Of a DNA stretch of 64,000 nucleotides, positions 35,698-45,581 are shown piece after piece; the stretch's first letter is position 1; the number at the start of each line of letters is the position of its first letter. The notes below the pieces were generated by a model. It ran no database searches. It worked only from the letters and a program-made list of their open reading frames with translations, and was not told where the DNA came from. This DNA is from Myxococcota bacterium (GTDB lineage Bacteria > Myxococcota_A > UBA9160 > SZUA-336), in the NCBI GenBank assembly GCA_965247115.1, contig CBDFGR010000003.1, positions 704,001 to 768,000 of the forward strand, read 5' to 3'. The translations under genes were made by a program, and so were the position numbers.

Positions 35698-37533
35698 ATG
35701 AATGCGCCGCTCCTGCTTCCGGCTCCGCGCAGCCTCGAGCTCTCCTCCGGCACCCTCGCGCTTCCCGACCCCTGCACGGTCGGAGGAAGCGACGGGCTCG
35801 CCATGGATCGGGTGCTCGACAGCGTGGCCAGACGAGCGGGGGTACGTGCAGTGCGAGGCGATTCGCGAGCCAGCGTGCGGCTCGTCCAGGGAACCGGACT
35901 TCCTCCCGAGGGACACCGTGTGCACATCAGCGACTCGATCGAGCTCCAGGCTGCCGACCAGAGCGGTCTGCTCTGGGCGGCAACCGCGCTGGATCAGCTT
36001 CTCTCCCAGTACGGCCGCGAGCTTCCGCACCTCAGGATCGAGGACTGGCCGGACTTTCCCGTGCGCGGCTACATGCTCGACATCAGCCGGGACCGGGTGC
36101 CGACGAGCTCCTGGCTTCACGAGCTGGTGCGAACACTCTCCAGCCTTCGATTCAATCAGCTCCAGCTCTACACGGAGCACACCTTCGCCTACCGCGAGCA
36201 CGAGATCGTATGGCGCGATGCGTCCCCGCTAAGCCCGGAGGACGTGCGCGCACTCGACGCACACTGCAGGGCCAACGGGATCGAGCTCGTTCCCAACCAG
36301 AACAGCTTCGGCCACATGGAACGCTGGCTGCGCCACCCGTCCTACGCCCCGCTCGGCGAGCTCGGAGCAGACGAGATCGAGGGGCGCACCCCCGCCTGCC
36401 TCGCGCCGGGTGCGGAGAGCGCCGCCTTTGCTCGGGGGCTGTACGCCGAGCTGCTGCCCTGCTTCGGCAGCCGTACCCTGAACATCGGCTGCGACGAGAC
36501 CGCCGAGCTCGGGCGCGGCCGCAGTCGAGAGGCGTGCGAGCGTTCGGGACGGGGCCGCGTCTACATGGACCACCTGCTGGGATTGATCACCGGTCTCCAG
36601 GAAGAGGGCTACACCGTTCAGTTTTGGGCAGACATGGTCGCTCAGTACCCGGAGCTGATCGGGGAGCTACCGAGGGCCGGGGCAATCGCTCTCGCCTGGG
36701 GATACGAGGCGCCGCAGGACACTGCCAGCGTCCCCGCCGAGGTCCTGGAACGCCTGACTCGGGCCGGCGTCGATCCGGAGAACCTGCTCTCTGGCTTCGA
36801 ACAACGCGTACGACCGTTCGCCGCTGCAGGCCTTCCTTACTTCGTCTGTCCGGGGACGTCGAGCTGGAACAGCCTCGTCGGTCGCTGGCCGAACGCCCGC
36901 GCCAACCTGCAGGACGCCGCAGAGGTCGGCCTCGCGAACGGAGCCTCGGGCTACCTGGTCACGGATTGGGGCGACAATGGTCACCTGCAGCCGCCGTCCG
37001 TGAGCCTGGCACCCATCGCCTACGGCGCCGCGCTGGCGTGGTGCGGGGAGAGCGCGCGCAGTCTCGAGCTCGAGGGGGCGCTCGACGCCCTTCTGCTCGA
37101 CGGCGAAGCGGACGGTTCTGCTGCGACGCTGCTGCAGCTCGGAACGCTCTACGAGGACATCGGCCTGCGCTCGCTGAACTCGACCGGCCTCTTCCACGGG
37201 CTGCTCCGTCCGCTCGGCAGCGACCTGCCTTGCTGGGGCCAGACGGACAGGCCCCGCCTGGAACGCGTGGTGACGGCGCTCGACGAGGCGCGCGCGAAGC
37301 TGGGCCGGGACACTGCGCTCGCGCGGGAGCTCTCTCAGGCCGCCGGTCTGGCGCGCCACGGCGCCCGGCGACTCGGCCTCCGCTGGCTCGACTCGGAGGC
37401 GGAGCGTTCACGGCTGCGCGAGGACCTGGAAGAGCTGATCGAGGAGCAGGCCGCAGTGTGGAGCCTGAGGAGCCGGACCGGCGGGCTCAGCGACAGCCTG
37501 GAACGGCTGCACCGCGCTCTCTCAGACTACTGA
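35698..37533 (+). CDS. GH20 beta-N-acetylhexosaminidase family protein
   Basis: IEDWPDFPVRGYMLDISR, NQNSFGH, catalytic IGCDE, TDWGDNGH. Confidence 0.88.
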   Translation: MNAPLLLPAPRSLELSSGTLALPDPCTVGGSDGLAMDRVLDSVARRAGVRAVRGDSRASVRLVQGTGLPPEGHRVHISDSIELQAADQSGLLWAATALDQLLSQYGRELPHLRIEDWPDFPVRGYMLDISRDRVPTSSWLHELVRTLSSLRFNQLQLYTEHTFAYREHEIVWRDASPLSPEDVRALDAHCRANGIELVPNQNSFGHMERWLRHPSYAPLGELGADEIEGRTPACLAPGAESAAFARGLYAELLPCFGSRTLNIGCDETAELGRGRSREACERSGRGRVYMDHLLGLITGLQEEGYTVQFWADMVAQYPELIGELPRAGAIALAWGYEAPQDTASVPAEVLERLTRAGVDPENLLSGFEQRVRPFAAAGLPYFVCPGTSSWNSLVGRWPNARANLQDAAEVGLANGASGYLVTDWGDNGHLQPPSVSLAPIAYGAALAWCGESARSLELEGALDALLLDGEADGSAATLLQLGTLYEDIGLRSLNSTGLFHGLLRPLGSDLPCWGQTDRPRLERVVTALDEARAKLGRDTALARELSQAAGLARHGARRLGLRWLDSEAERSRLREDLEELIEEQAAVWSLRSRTGGLSDSLERLHRALSDY

Positions 37534-38771
37534 CTTCGCGGGGCTCCGAGGGCCGGGAGCTGGCTGCCAGTGACGAGTAGCAAGACCCTTGCGCCCGCAC
37601 TCACGACGCCGCGCGAGCGCAGGAGCCGCAGCGCGCTCAGGGTTGCGGCGCTCTCGTAGCCGGCCGCAATGCCGAACCCGCCCATTACCTTGAAGTCCCG
37701 CTCGATTGCAGCCTCGGACACGCCCACCGCCGTGCCGTCCGACTCGCGCAGACTGCGTAGGATGGCGTGCCCCATGATGGCAGCCGGAACGTCCAGGCCG
37801 TCCGCGATCGTGCCCCTCGAAACGACGGGCTCGACACGATCGAGACCGCGCTCCAGGGCTGCCACCACGGGTGCGCAGTTCTCTGACTGGACAGCGACCA
37901 GTCGGGGCAGCCTGTGCTCCTGCAGATCGATCAGGCCGAGCCCGCACAGCTCGCGAAGCGCCTTCCAGATTCCCACGAGACCGGTACCCCCGCCCGTCGG
38001 GTAGACGATCAGCTCTGGCAGCTCGGCCGCACCAAAGTGCTCGAAGATCTCGAGGCCCAGCGTTTTCTTCCCCTCGAGGCGCCCCGGCTCGAAGAAGGTC
38101 GAAATATCGAGAACGCTTCCGCTCGCGAGCTCTGCAGCGCAGGCTGCGCGTAGTGCGCTCCCGGCCTCTGCAATGTTGGAGCCCGCGAAACGCACCTGCG
38201 CGCCAAAGTGCTCCGCCGCCAGCTGATAGCTGCTGCCACGGTGTGAGCTGGGCATGTAGACCAGGCACGGCGGAAGTCCCAGGCGCGAGCAGAAGAGCGA
38301 GGCCGCTACGCCTGCGTTCCCCTGCGTGGGCAGGCAGAAGCGCTCCGCACCGAGTGCGCGTCCCAGTGCGATACCGACGGAAAGGCCGCGATCCTTGAAG
38401 CTGCCCGAGGGGTTCGACGCCTCGACCTTGAGATGGAGATCCACTCCGAGCTCTCGGCTGAGCCGCCCGTGTCGGAGGATCGGCGTCCGTCCCACGTCTG
38501 CGGCGTACGCGTGTGAGACCCCGTGCACCGGGAGCAGCGGCGAGTAACGCCAGAGCCCGGGCCCATTGCCGTCGCGAAACAGACTCGAGGGGGCTCCGGC
38601 GAGCGAGGTCAAGTCGTAGTCCAGCACCAGGGGGCTCCCCGGCGCTGGGCAGCATCCGCATAGTCCGAGCGGGGCGCGGCGTTCCGCAACGCTGCCATCG
38701 ACTTCGCGTCCCGTGAGCGAGCAGCGCGCTCCGCGAACGTGCGGGTTGAGAGTCAGGCCGCCCTTCGCCAC
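37527..38771 (-). CDS. Threonine synthase-like fold-II PLP enzyme
   Basis: LWRYSPLLP, NPSGSFKDRG, GNAG, GKKTLGLEI, PTGGGTG, TIADGL. Confidence 0.85.
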   Translation of the reverse strand: MAKGGLTLNPHVRGARCSLTGREVDGSVAERRAPLGLCGCCPAPGSPLVLDYDLTSLAGAPSSLFRDGNGPGLWRYSPLLPVHGVSHAYAADVGRTPILRHGRLSRELGVDLHLKVEASNPSGSFKDRGLSVGIALGRALGAERFCLPTQGNAGVAASLFCSRLGLPPCLVYMPSSHRGSSYQLAAEHFGAQVRFAGSNIAEAGSALRAACAAELASGSVLDISTFFEPGRLEGKKTLGLEIFEHFGAAELPELIVYPTGGGTGLVGIWKALRELCGLGLIDLQEHRLPRLVAVQSENCAPVVAALERGLDRVEPVVSRGTIADGLDVPAAIMGHAILRSLRESDGTAVGVSEAAIERDFKVMGGFGIAAGYESAATLSALRLLRSRGVVSAGARVLLLVTGSQLPALGAPRSQ

Positions 38772-38780
38772 CGCCCGTCC

Positions 38781-39662
38781 CTACTCGCGCTGCGCGAACG
38801 GTCGGCCGAGGTCCGCGGGCGACGTCACGCGGCCCGCGAGCAGCGCCAGCACGGCCAGCGTCAGAACGTAGGGCGTCATCAGCAGCAGGTTGTACGGGAT
38901 CTCCGCGCCCATCGCCTGCAGCCGAAACTGCAGTGCACTCGCGCCACCGAACAGCAGCGCCCCGACGACAATCCGGGCCGGGCGATAGCCACCAAAGAGC
39001 ACGAGCGCGAGGGCAATAAAGCCGCGGCCTGTGGTCATTCCTTCCACGAAGGTATCGGACAACCAGAGCACGAGGCTGGCGCCAGCGAGCCCCGCACAGA
39101 GCCCACCGACGATACAGGCCGCCCAGCGGATCGGCAGCACGCTCACGCCCTGCGCGTGCGCTGCCTCGGCACGCTCCCCGACCGCGCGGACCGCGAGACC
39201 CCAGCGTGTCCGTGCGAGGAACAGGCCAACCGCGAGGACGAGGAGCACGGCCAGCAGCACGAACGCGTTGAGCCCAGGGAGAACGTCCGGCATCTGGGGT
39301 GAGCTCAGCGGGGGGCTACCGGGCGGAAGGAGCAGCCTGTAGCCGCTTCCCGTAGCTCCGAGGGCCAGCACGTTGACGGCCGTTCCGCAGACGATCGGGT
39401 CGGCATTTCGCCCGAGCACGAAGAGCGCGAAGAGCGCAGCGAGTCCTGCACCGGCGAGCATTCCCGCGCCGAGTGCGAGGACGATGGAGCCGCTTGTGGC
39501 AGCCACGCAGAAGGCGGCGAAGGCTCCACTCAGCATCATCCCCTCGATGCCGATATTCAGCACCCCGGCCCGTTCGGAGACCAGCTCGCCCATAGCCGCG
39601 ATCGTGAGCGGGACAGAGAGCCTGAGCGTTGCCAGCAGCAGTGGCAGTCCGAGCAGGTCCAC
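38781..39662 (-). CDS. ABC permease (BMP/nucleoside type)
   Basis: SERAGVLNIGIEGMML, GRGFIALALV, PYVLTL. Confidence 0.9.
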   Translation of the reverse strand: MDLLGLPLLLATLRLSVPLTIAAMGELVSERAGVLNIGIEGMMLSGAFAAFCVAATSGSIVLALGAGMLAGAGLAALFALFVLGRNADPIVCGTAVNVLALGATGSGYRLLLPPGSPPLSSPQMPDVLPGLNAFVLLAVLLVLAVGLFLARTRWGLAVRAVGERAEAAHAQGVSVLPIRWAACIVGGLCAGLAGASLVLWLSDTFVEGMTTGRGFIALALVLFGGYRPARIVVGALLFGGASALQFRLQAMGAEIPYNLLLMTPYVLTLAVLALLAGRVTSPADLGRPFAQRE

Positions 39663-39664
39663 GC

Positions 39665-40678
39665 CTAGCTCCTCCTCCAGCTGAGCGCGAAGCCGACGGA
39701 AAGAAAGATCACGAGGGCCTCGATGATCTGTACCGTGACTCCGGGTACGCCCGCGAGTCGTTGCATCGAGCCGCTCCCGCTGGCGAGCGCCGCAAAGAAC
39801 AGGGCCGCGGGCAGCACGCCGATCGGATGCAGACGGGCCAGCAGCGAGACGGCGATCGCGGTGAAGCCGTAGCCCGGCGACAGGTTCTCGAACAGCCGCC
39901 CCGTCACGCCGGCGATCTCGATCGCCCCGGCGAGTCCCGCCAGGCCGCCCGAGAGCAGCAAGACCCGAAGCGTCTCGCGTGCTGGAAGGACCCCGGCGTA
40001 GCGGGCAGCAGCAGGCGCGGAGCCCACCGCCCGCAGGCGCAAGCCCGCGGCCGTCCGGAACACCACAACCCACATCAGAAACGGCAGGAGCAGCGCGAGC
40101 AGCAGGCCGCTGTGCATCCGCAAGGCGCCGGGCAGCAGCGCGAGACGCGCCCCGGCGGGCAGGGCATCGCTCTGCGGGTACGACATGGCAGTTTCCTGCA
40201 AGGGTCCGTGCACCGCAAAGGCCACGCCGAGGACGGCGATGAAGTTGAGCAGGATCGTGGAGAGCACCTCCGATACGCCTCGCTGGGTCTTCAGCACCGC
40301 GGCGATCCCCGCCCAGAGGGCGCCCCCGAGGGCACCGCTTCCCAGCACGATGGGAATCAATAGCGGCGCCGGGGCTTCGGGCAGGACCCGCGTGGCGAGC
40401 GCCGTAGCCGCGAGAGCACCAACGTAGAGCTGCCCCTCACCTCCGATGTTCCACACGCCGCAACGAAACGCGATCGACACCCCCAGTCCGATCAGGGCCA
40501 GCGGCCCCAGGCGTACCATGGTGTTCTCCAGCGCAAGCCGGTCACCGAACGCACCGGTTGCGAGTGCTGAGAGCGCACGCCCAGGGCTCGCGCCGAGCAG
40601 GACCAGAAGCAGGCTCGCGCAGCCCAATGCGATGGCGGCGGCCGCAATCGCCTCTAGCCAGGGCTTCCAGCGCCTCAC
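39665..40678 (-). CDS. ABC permease (BMP/nucleoside type)
   Basis: WNIGGEGQ, SEVLSTILLNF, GYGFTAIAVSLLARLHP. Confidence 0.9.
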   Translation of the reverse strand: MRRWKPWLEAIAAAAIALGCASLLLVLLGASPGRALSALATGAFGDRLALENTMVRLGPLALIGLGVSIAFRCGVWNIGGEGQLYVGALAATALATRVLPEAPAPLLIPIVLGSGALGGALWAGIAAVLKTQRGVSEVLSTILLNFIAVLGVAFAVHGPLQETAMSYPQSDALPAGARLALLPGALRMHSGLLLALLLPFLMWVVVFRTAAGLRLRAVGSAPAAARYAGVLPARETLRVLLLSGGLAGLAGAIEIAGVTGRLFENLSPGYGFTAIAVSLLARLHPIGVLPAALFFAALASGSGSMQRLAGVPGVTVQIIEALVIFLSVGFALSWRRS

Positions 40679-42123
40679 GTCTGTCCCCCTCCCAGCATCA
40701 GCTCGCCGACGCGTTCGCGTGTACGACGCCCCGGCTCGACCGCCAGGAGTCGCCCGCGAAACAGCACACTGATCCGGTTCCCGAGCTCCAGGATCTCGTC
40801 GAGATCCGTCGAGATCAGCAGGATCGCCGTGCCGGTCCGCGCTCGCTCGCGGATCTCCTGGCGCACCGCGGCCGTAGCCGCAACGTCGAGTCCGCGTGTC
40901 GGATTCACCGCCACCATCACTCCCGGCGCTCCACGTAGAGCGCGGGCCACGCACAGCTTCTGCTGGTTTCCGCCAGAGAGGGCGCGGGCCGGCGTCGTCG
41001 GATCGCCGCGAATCTCGAAACGCGCGATCGCCTCGCGCGCGGCATAGCGCAGCTGCTTGCTGCGCAGAAAGCCGCGCCGGAACAGGCGCTCCGCACCGCG
41101 GCCGGCAGCCTCTGGCAGGGCCAGATTCTCGGCGATGGAGAAGTCGAGCACGAGGCCCGTGTGTTGCCGATCGGCAGAGAGGACCGCGAGCGGTGGACGT
41201 AGCAGCTCGATCGACCCGGAGTCGATCCGGGTCACTCCGGCCAGGACCTCCTCGAGCGGCCCCTGGCCGTTTCCGTCGATGCCTGCGAGCGCCAGCACCT
41301 CGCCCTGGTGCAGCGCAAGATCGATGCTGTCGAGTCCCTCCGCGCGCAGCGCGCGCAGATGGAGCGCGGGGCCACCGCGTCTGCCGTCTGGCGGACGTCC
41401 GGGCGGGGGCAGCTCCTCCCCGACCATCCACCGACCCAGCTCCCCGGCCTCGAGCCCGGCTACTGTACGACTGGCGACGGTGCGCCCGGAGCGCAGCACC
41501 GTTACGCGATCGCAGACGGCACTGATCTCCTCCAGCTTGTGGGAGATCAGCAGCACCGCGGTGCCGCGGTCGCGCAAGCGCGTGAGCAGCGCCAGGAGCC
41601 CGTCCACCTCCGAGGGGGCCAGCACTGCCGTTGGCTCGTCGAGAATCAAGAGCTCCACGCCGCGCGACAGGGCACGCACGATCTCGAGTCGCTGGCGTTC
41701 CGCGACGGCGAGCGTCGCCGCAAGCGCGTCGGGCTCCAGGCGCAAGCCGTAGGTCTCCAGGATCTCGAGCCCGTGCGCCCGCAGCACCGAGCGCGGGAGA
41801 ATGGGTCCCAGTGGCTCGCCCAGCGCCAGGTTCTCCGCGACCGAAAGCGCCGGTACGAGCATGAAGTGCTGGTGCACGAGTCCGATGCCCAGCTCGAGAG
41901 CGCGCCTGGGGCTCGAGATCTCGTGGGCCTCACCGTCGATCATGATCTGTCCCCGGTCGGGGCGGACCATGCCGTACAACGTCCGAACCAGGGTCGTCTT
42001 TCCCGCGCCATTCTCGCCGAGGAGGGCGTGGATCTGGCCGCTCTCGAGCTCGAGCTGCGCGCCCCGCAGCGCAGGTGTGCTGCCGAAGGACTTGTGGATG
42101 TCGCGAAGGGCGACGAGCCTCAT
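40675..42123 (-). CDS. ABC ATP-binding protein (two-domain, sugar/nucleoside type)
   Basis: GENGAGKTT, VHQHFML, DEPT, LSGGNQQK, NPTRGLD. Confidence 0.93.
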   Translation of the reverse strand: MRLVALRDIHKSFGSTPALRGAQLELESGQIHALLGENGAGKTTLVRTLYGMVRPDRGQIMIDGEAHEISSPRRALELGIGLVHQHFMLVPALSVAENLALGEPLGPILPRSVLRAHGLEILETYGLRLEPDALAATLAVAERQRLEIVRALSRGVELLILDEPTAVLAPSEVDGLLALLTRLRDRGTAVLLISHKLEEISAVCDRVTVLRSGRTVASRTVAGLEAGELGRWMVGEELPPPGRPPDGRRGGPALHLRALRAEGLDSIDLALHQGEVLALAGIDGNGQGPLEEVLAGVTRIDSGSIELLRPPLAVLSADRQHTGLVLDFSIAENLALPEAAGRGAERLFRRGFLRSKQLRYAAREAIARFEIRGDPTTPARALSGGNQQKLCVARALRGAPGVMVAVNPTRGLDVAATAAVRQEIRERARTGTAILLISTDLDEILELGNRISVLFRGRLLAVEPGRRTRERVGELMLGGGQT

Positions 42124-42127
42124 CCGC

Positions 42128-43180
42128 TCAGAACCCCGCGCGCGGAACCTCTAGGGCACCGGTTTCGATCGCGTGGACGAGACTGCCCACCCGCTCCCAA
42201 ACCGGGGCAGGCACACGGGCTCGCAGCGCCTCGTTCCAGGCAATCGCGACGACCTGGTCACGAAGCCCGAAGCGGATGGAACGTGCCAGGAAAGTCTCGG
42301 ATTTGACCTCCTCTGCGACAAGCAGCAGCGCCTGCGGAACGTCCAGGACGGCCGACGCGAGCACAGAGTTCGGCGCCAGGGCGTTCTGATCCTTGTTCGT
42401 CCCGAAGGCGAGCACTCCCGGTCGCTCCTCCACGGCCTTGAAGAAGCCATGCGCCGCCTCGTTCGCGTTGTGGATCAGCACGTCGGCACCCTCTTCGATC
42501 ATCGCGCGGGTGGCCTCCCTGGCGGCTGCGACGTCGGTCCAGCTCCCGATGTAGGACACAGTCAGGTTCGCTCCCGTTCCCGCAGCCCTGGCCCCCGCCT
42601 CGAAGGCGCTGAAGGTGCTCGCCACCGAAGGGATCTTGATGCCACCGAGCGCACCCATGCGCGCCTCGCGCGAGAGCGACGCGCCGACGTAGCCGAGCAC
42701 GTACGTCGCCTGTTCCAATTCGAACACGATCGGTGCCAGATTCGGTTTGATCGTGGAGCCGCTGGTCGTGATGAAGACCGTCCCCGGATACTCCTCCGAG
42801 ACTATCGCGGCGGCGTCCTGGAACTCGAAGCCGTGTCCGAACACGAGACCGAAGCCGCGGGCGGCGAAATCCCGAAAGCCCGCCTCGAACTCCTGGGGTG
42901 TGCGGGTCTCCTGGTGGGCAACCTCCGCGTCGAGCTCATCGCGGATGCGGATCAGGCCCTCGTAAGCGCCCTGGTTCCAGCCGCCGTCCCGGATGGAGCC
43001 GGGCGTGAGGAGTGCAACCCGAAAGGCATCGGGATTCGGGGGATCACTTGGAACGCAGGCGGCAACGATCGCCAACAGGAGCGACGCACCCAGCCACCCG
43101 CTCCTCGTTTGCCTCTGGCGCTGCTTTCGACACACGCACGCTCGCTCGGGGCCGGCCTTCGCTGCGCGCGCCGCTTTCAC
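42128..43180 (-). CDS. BMP-family ABC substrate-binding lipoprotein
   Basis: Lipobox VAAC, DGGWNQGAYEG, GHGFEF, GSWTD, GADV. Confidence 0.88.
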   Translation of the reverse strand: MKAARAAKAGPERACVCRKQRQRQTRSGWLGASLLLAIVAACVPSDPPNPDAFRVALLTPGSIRDGGWNQGAYEGLIRIRDELDAEVAHQETRTPQEFEAGFRDFAARGFGLVFGHGFEFQDAAAIVSEEYPGTVFITTSGSTIKPNLAPIVFELEQATYVLGYVGASLSREARMGALGGIKIPSVASTFSAFEAGARAAGTGANLTVSYIGSWTDVAAAREATRAMIEEGADVLIHNANEAAHGFFKAVEERPGVLAFGTNKDQNALAPNSVLASAVLDVPQALLLVAEEVKSETFLARSIRFGLRDQVVAIAWNEALRARVPAPVWERVGSLVHAIETGALEVPRAGF

Positions 43181-43245
43181 GGCGCGCACTATATCGGGAC
43201 CTCGATGGCGAGAAAAGCGCGGGTATCATCCTGGGCCGGTAGAGA

Positions 43246-43980
43246 GTGCTGAAGCTCGACACACCCCTTCATACGGTCACCTTCGACTGCTGGGAGACGC
43301 TGATCTTCCAGCCGGATCCCCCCGCCTCTGGTGCCAGGCGCGCGTCCCTGCTCGCACGGATGGTACGGGACGCGGGCCACGCGGTCTCGGAGGCGAGTGC
43401 CACGAACGCGCTCGACCTTGGCTGGGCCCGCCACTATCAGACCTGGCGCAGCGGCGGCTCCAGCGGCGCCCCCGAGATCGTGGCATTCGCACTGGCCAGC
43501 CTCGACGTGGCCGATCGGGGCCTGGCCGAGAAGATCGCCTCGGCCATCCAGGAGGTCGCGCTCGGCGAGGACATTTTGGTCGTCGACGGAGCGCGACAGA
43601 GCCTGGAATGGCTGGCCGAGCGGGGGATTCGTCGCGCGCTGATCTGTGACACGGGCTTCACGCCCGGACCTGTCGTGGCCAAGCTGCTCGAGCGCGTGGG
43701 TCTCCGGGATCTGCTCGAGACGCTGATCTTCTCGGACGAGGTAGGCGTGCCCAAGCCCGATGCGCGCATGTTCCACGCCGCGCTCGAAGCGCTCGGATCG
43801 CGGCCCGCGGGAGCCGTCCATGTGGGTGACCTGCGCAGCACCGACATCGCCGGTGCCCGAGCGGTCGGGATGAGCTCCGTCCGGCTGCGCTGGCGCCACG
43901 ACGACAGCGAAGACCTGCCGGATGGTGACGCCGTCGCCGACTCGCACGCACACCTGCTGGAGATCCTGGGCTCACAGTAG
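43246..43980 (+). CDS. HAD-superfamily hydrolase
   Basis: TFDCWETL, SDEVGVPKPD, HVGDLRSTDIAGA. Confidence 0.88.
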   Translation: MLKLDTPLHTVTFDCWETLIFQPDPPASGARRASLLARMVRDAGHAVSEASATNALDLGWARHYQTWRSGGSSGAPEIVAFALASLDVADRGLAEKIASAIQEVALGEDILVVDGARQSLEWLAERGIRRALICDTGFTPGPVVAKLLERVGLRDLLETLIFSDEVGVPKPDARMFHAALEALGSRPAGAVHVGDLRSTDIAGARAVGMSSVRLRWRHDDSEDLPDGDAVADSHAHLLEILGSQ

Positions 43981-44814
43981 ACGATCGATCTCGTCCACCA
44001 GGCTGAGAACGTGAAGGATGCGTTCGTCGGAGACGTACCCGCGAGCACCGGAGCGGATGCGGGAGACGAAGCAGTCCAGGTCGCGAGCGAACAAGCCGCC
44101 GGGCGGAGCCGTCGCCGGGCTCAGCAGGCTGCCGCGCTCGCAGCGGATATCCCAGCTCGTTTCACGCGAAAGCCCGGGCGCACGCTCCTCGATCAGGAGC
44201 ACCCCTCCGCCGGCTCCAAAGCGCAGCTCCACCTCGAGGCGATAGCCAGCGTCGCGTGGGGTCTCGAAGCGGGCGGCCTCGGCACGAGCTCGGCCGAAGA
44301 GGTCCACCAGCCGGTGTAGCCGTGCCAGTGCGCGCAGGGCGGGGGATCCGGCGAGCGATGCGTCTCCGATCCACCCCTCGCTCGACCCGCGGAAGTGCAG
44401 ACTGCCCCCCCGAGGGCGACCCAGCGGACGGGCCAGCTCGCGCAGCCGCGCCTGCGCGGGCGACAGCAGCTCGATGTGCGCCACATGCAGGACCCGCTGC
44501 CGCGCCCGCGCCAGCTCGAAGAGGGCGCCCCCCTCGGAGTTGCTGGAGGCGAGTGGATACTCGACGGCGACGTGCTTGCCGGCCTCCAGCGCCGCCTGCG
44601 CAGCCTGTCCGTGAAGGAGATTCGGCGTGCATAGCATGAGCGCATCGATCGAGGGATCCGCGAGCAGCGACTCGAGAGTCGGCTGGTCCGCCTCGGGCTC
44701 CCGCGGGACGACGGCCGCGAGCTGCGTGTCTCCGTGCTCCTCGAGAGCCCGCAACCGGGCACGGCCCGCCCGGCCGGGCCCGATCAGCGCAACGGCGATC
44801 GGCGAATCCGTCAA
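43972..44814 (-). CDS. Gfo/Idh/MocA oxidoreductase, biliverdin reductase A-like
   Basis: IGPGRAG, GKHVAVEYP, LHVAHIELLS, ARLHRLVDLFG, GLFARD. Confidence 0.75.
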   Translation of the reverse strand: MTDSPIAVALIGPGRAGRARLRALEEHGDTQLAAVVPREPEADQPTLESLLADPSIDALMLCTPNLLHGQAAQAALEAGKHVAVEYPLASSNSEGGALFELARARQRVLHVAHIELLSPAQARLRELARPLGRPRGGSLHFRGSSEGWIGDASLAGSPALRALARLHRLVDLFGRARAEAARFETPRDAGYRLEVELRFGAGGGVLLIEERAPGLSRETSWDIRCERGSLLSPATAPPGGLFARDLDCFVSRIRSGARGYVSDERILHVLSLVDEIDRLL

Positions 44815-44818
44815 ACCG

Positions 44819-45475
44819 TCAGGGGAGCTTGCGCACGAGCGTGAGGCCGTCGGAAACGGCGAGCATGACCGACTGCACGCGCGCATCGTTCGCGATCCGA
44901 TCGTTCAGCGCTCGGATCGCGAGGGTGCTCGGATCGTCGTATTCGGGCAGCACGACGCGTCCACCCCAGAACACGTTGTCGAGTGCGATCAGACCTCCTG
45001 GACGCAGGCGACGCAGGGTCTCCTCGTAGTAGGCCCCCTGGTTCTCCTTGTCCGCGTCGACGAAGACGAAGTCGAAGGCCTCCTCGGTGGGAAGTGAACG
45101 GAGGGTTACGAGCGCCGGACCGAGGCGGAGCTCGATCCGATCGGAGAGTCCGGCCTGCTTCCAGAAGCGACGTGCGATCGAGGTGAACTCCTCGCTCACG
45201 TCACAGGCGAGAAGACGACCCTCCGGCGGCAGCGCCCTGGCCATGCAGAGGGCGCTGTAGCCGGTGAAAGTCCCCACCTCGAGTACACGACGCGCTCCGG
45301 TCGCGGCGACCAGCAGCCCGAGCAAGGTGCCCTGCTCTGCAGCCACCTGCATACGCGCCAGGCTGCCGGTCTTCGCTTCCGTCTCGCGCCGCAGCTCCGA
45401 CAGGATCGCGTCGTCCGGCGTCCGGTGTGCAACCTGGTACTCATGCAGCGTCTCGTCGACGCGAGTGATCTTCAA
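44819..45475 (-). CDS. Cation-dependent O-methyltransferase (CCoAOMT/COMT-like)
   Basis: LEVGTFTGYSAL, FDFVFVDADK, LRPGGLIALDNV. Confidence 0.92.
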   Translation of the reverse strand: MKITRVDETLHEYQVAHRTPDDAILSELRRETEAKTGSLARMQVAAEQGTLLGLLVAATGARRVLEVGTFTGYSALCMARALPPEGRLLACDVSEEFTSIARRFWKQAGLSDRIELRLGPALVTLRSLPTEEAFDFVFVDADKENQGAYYEETLRRLRPGGLIALDNVFWGGRVVLPEYDDPSTLAIRALNDRIANDARVQSVMLAVSDGLTLVRKLP

Positions 45476-45581
45476 CCTGAGCCTCCCCTGACGACTCTCC
45501 CGGCAACCACCGACGAAACAGCGAGCGATCTCATGACGCCACTGCTAGTATCACTCCACTCTCGACATGGGGAGACCCGCA

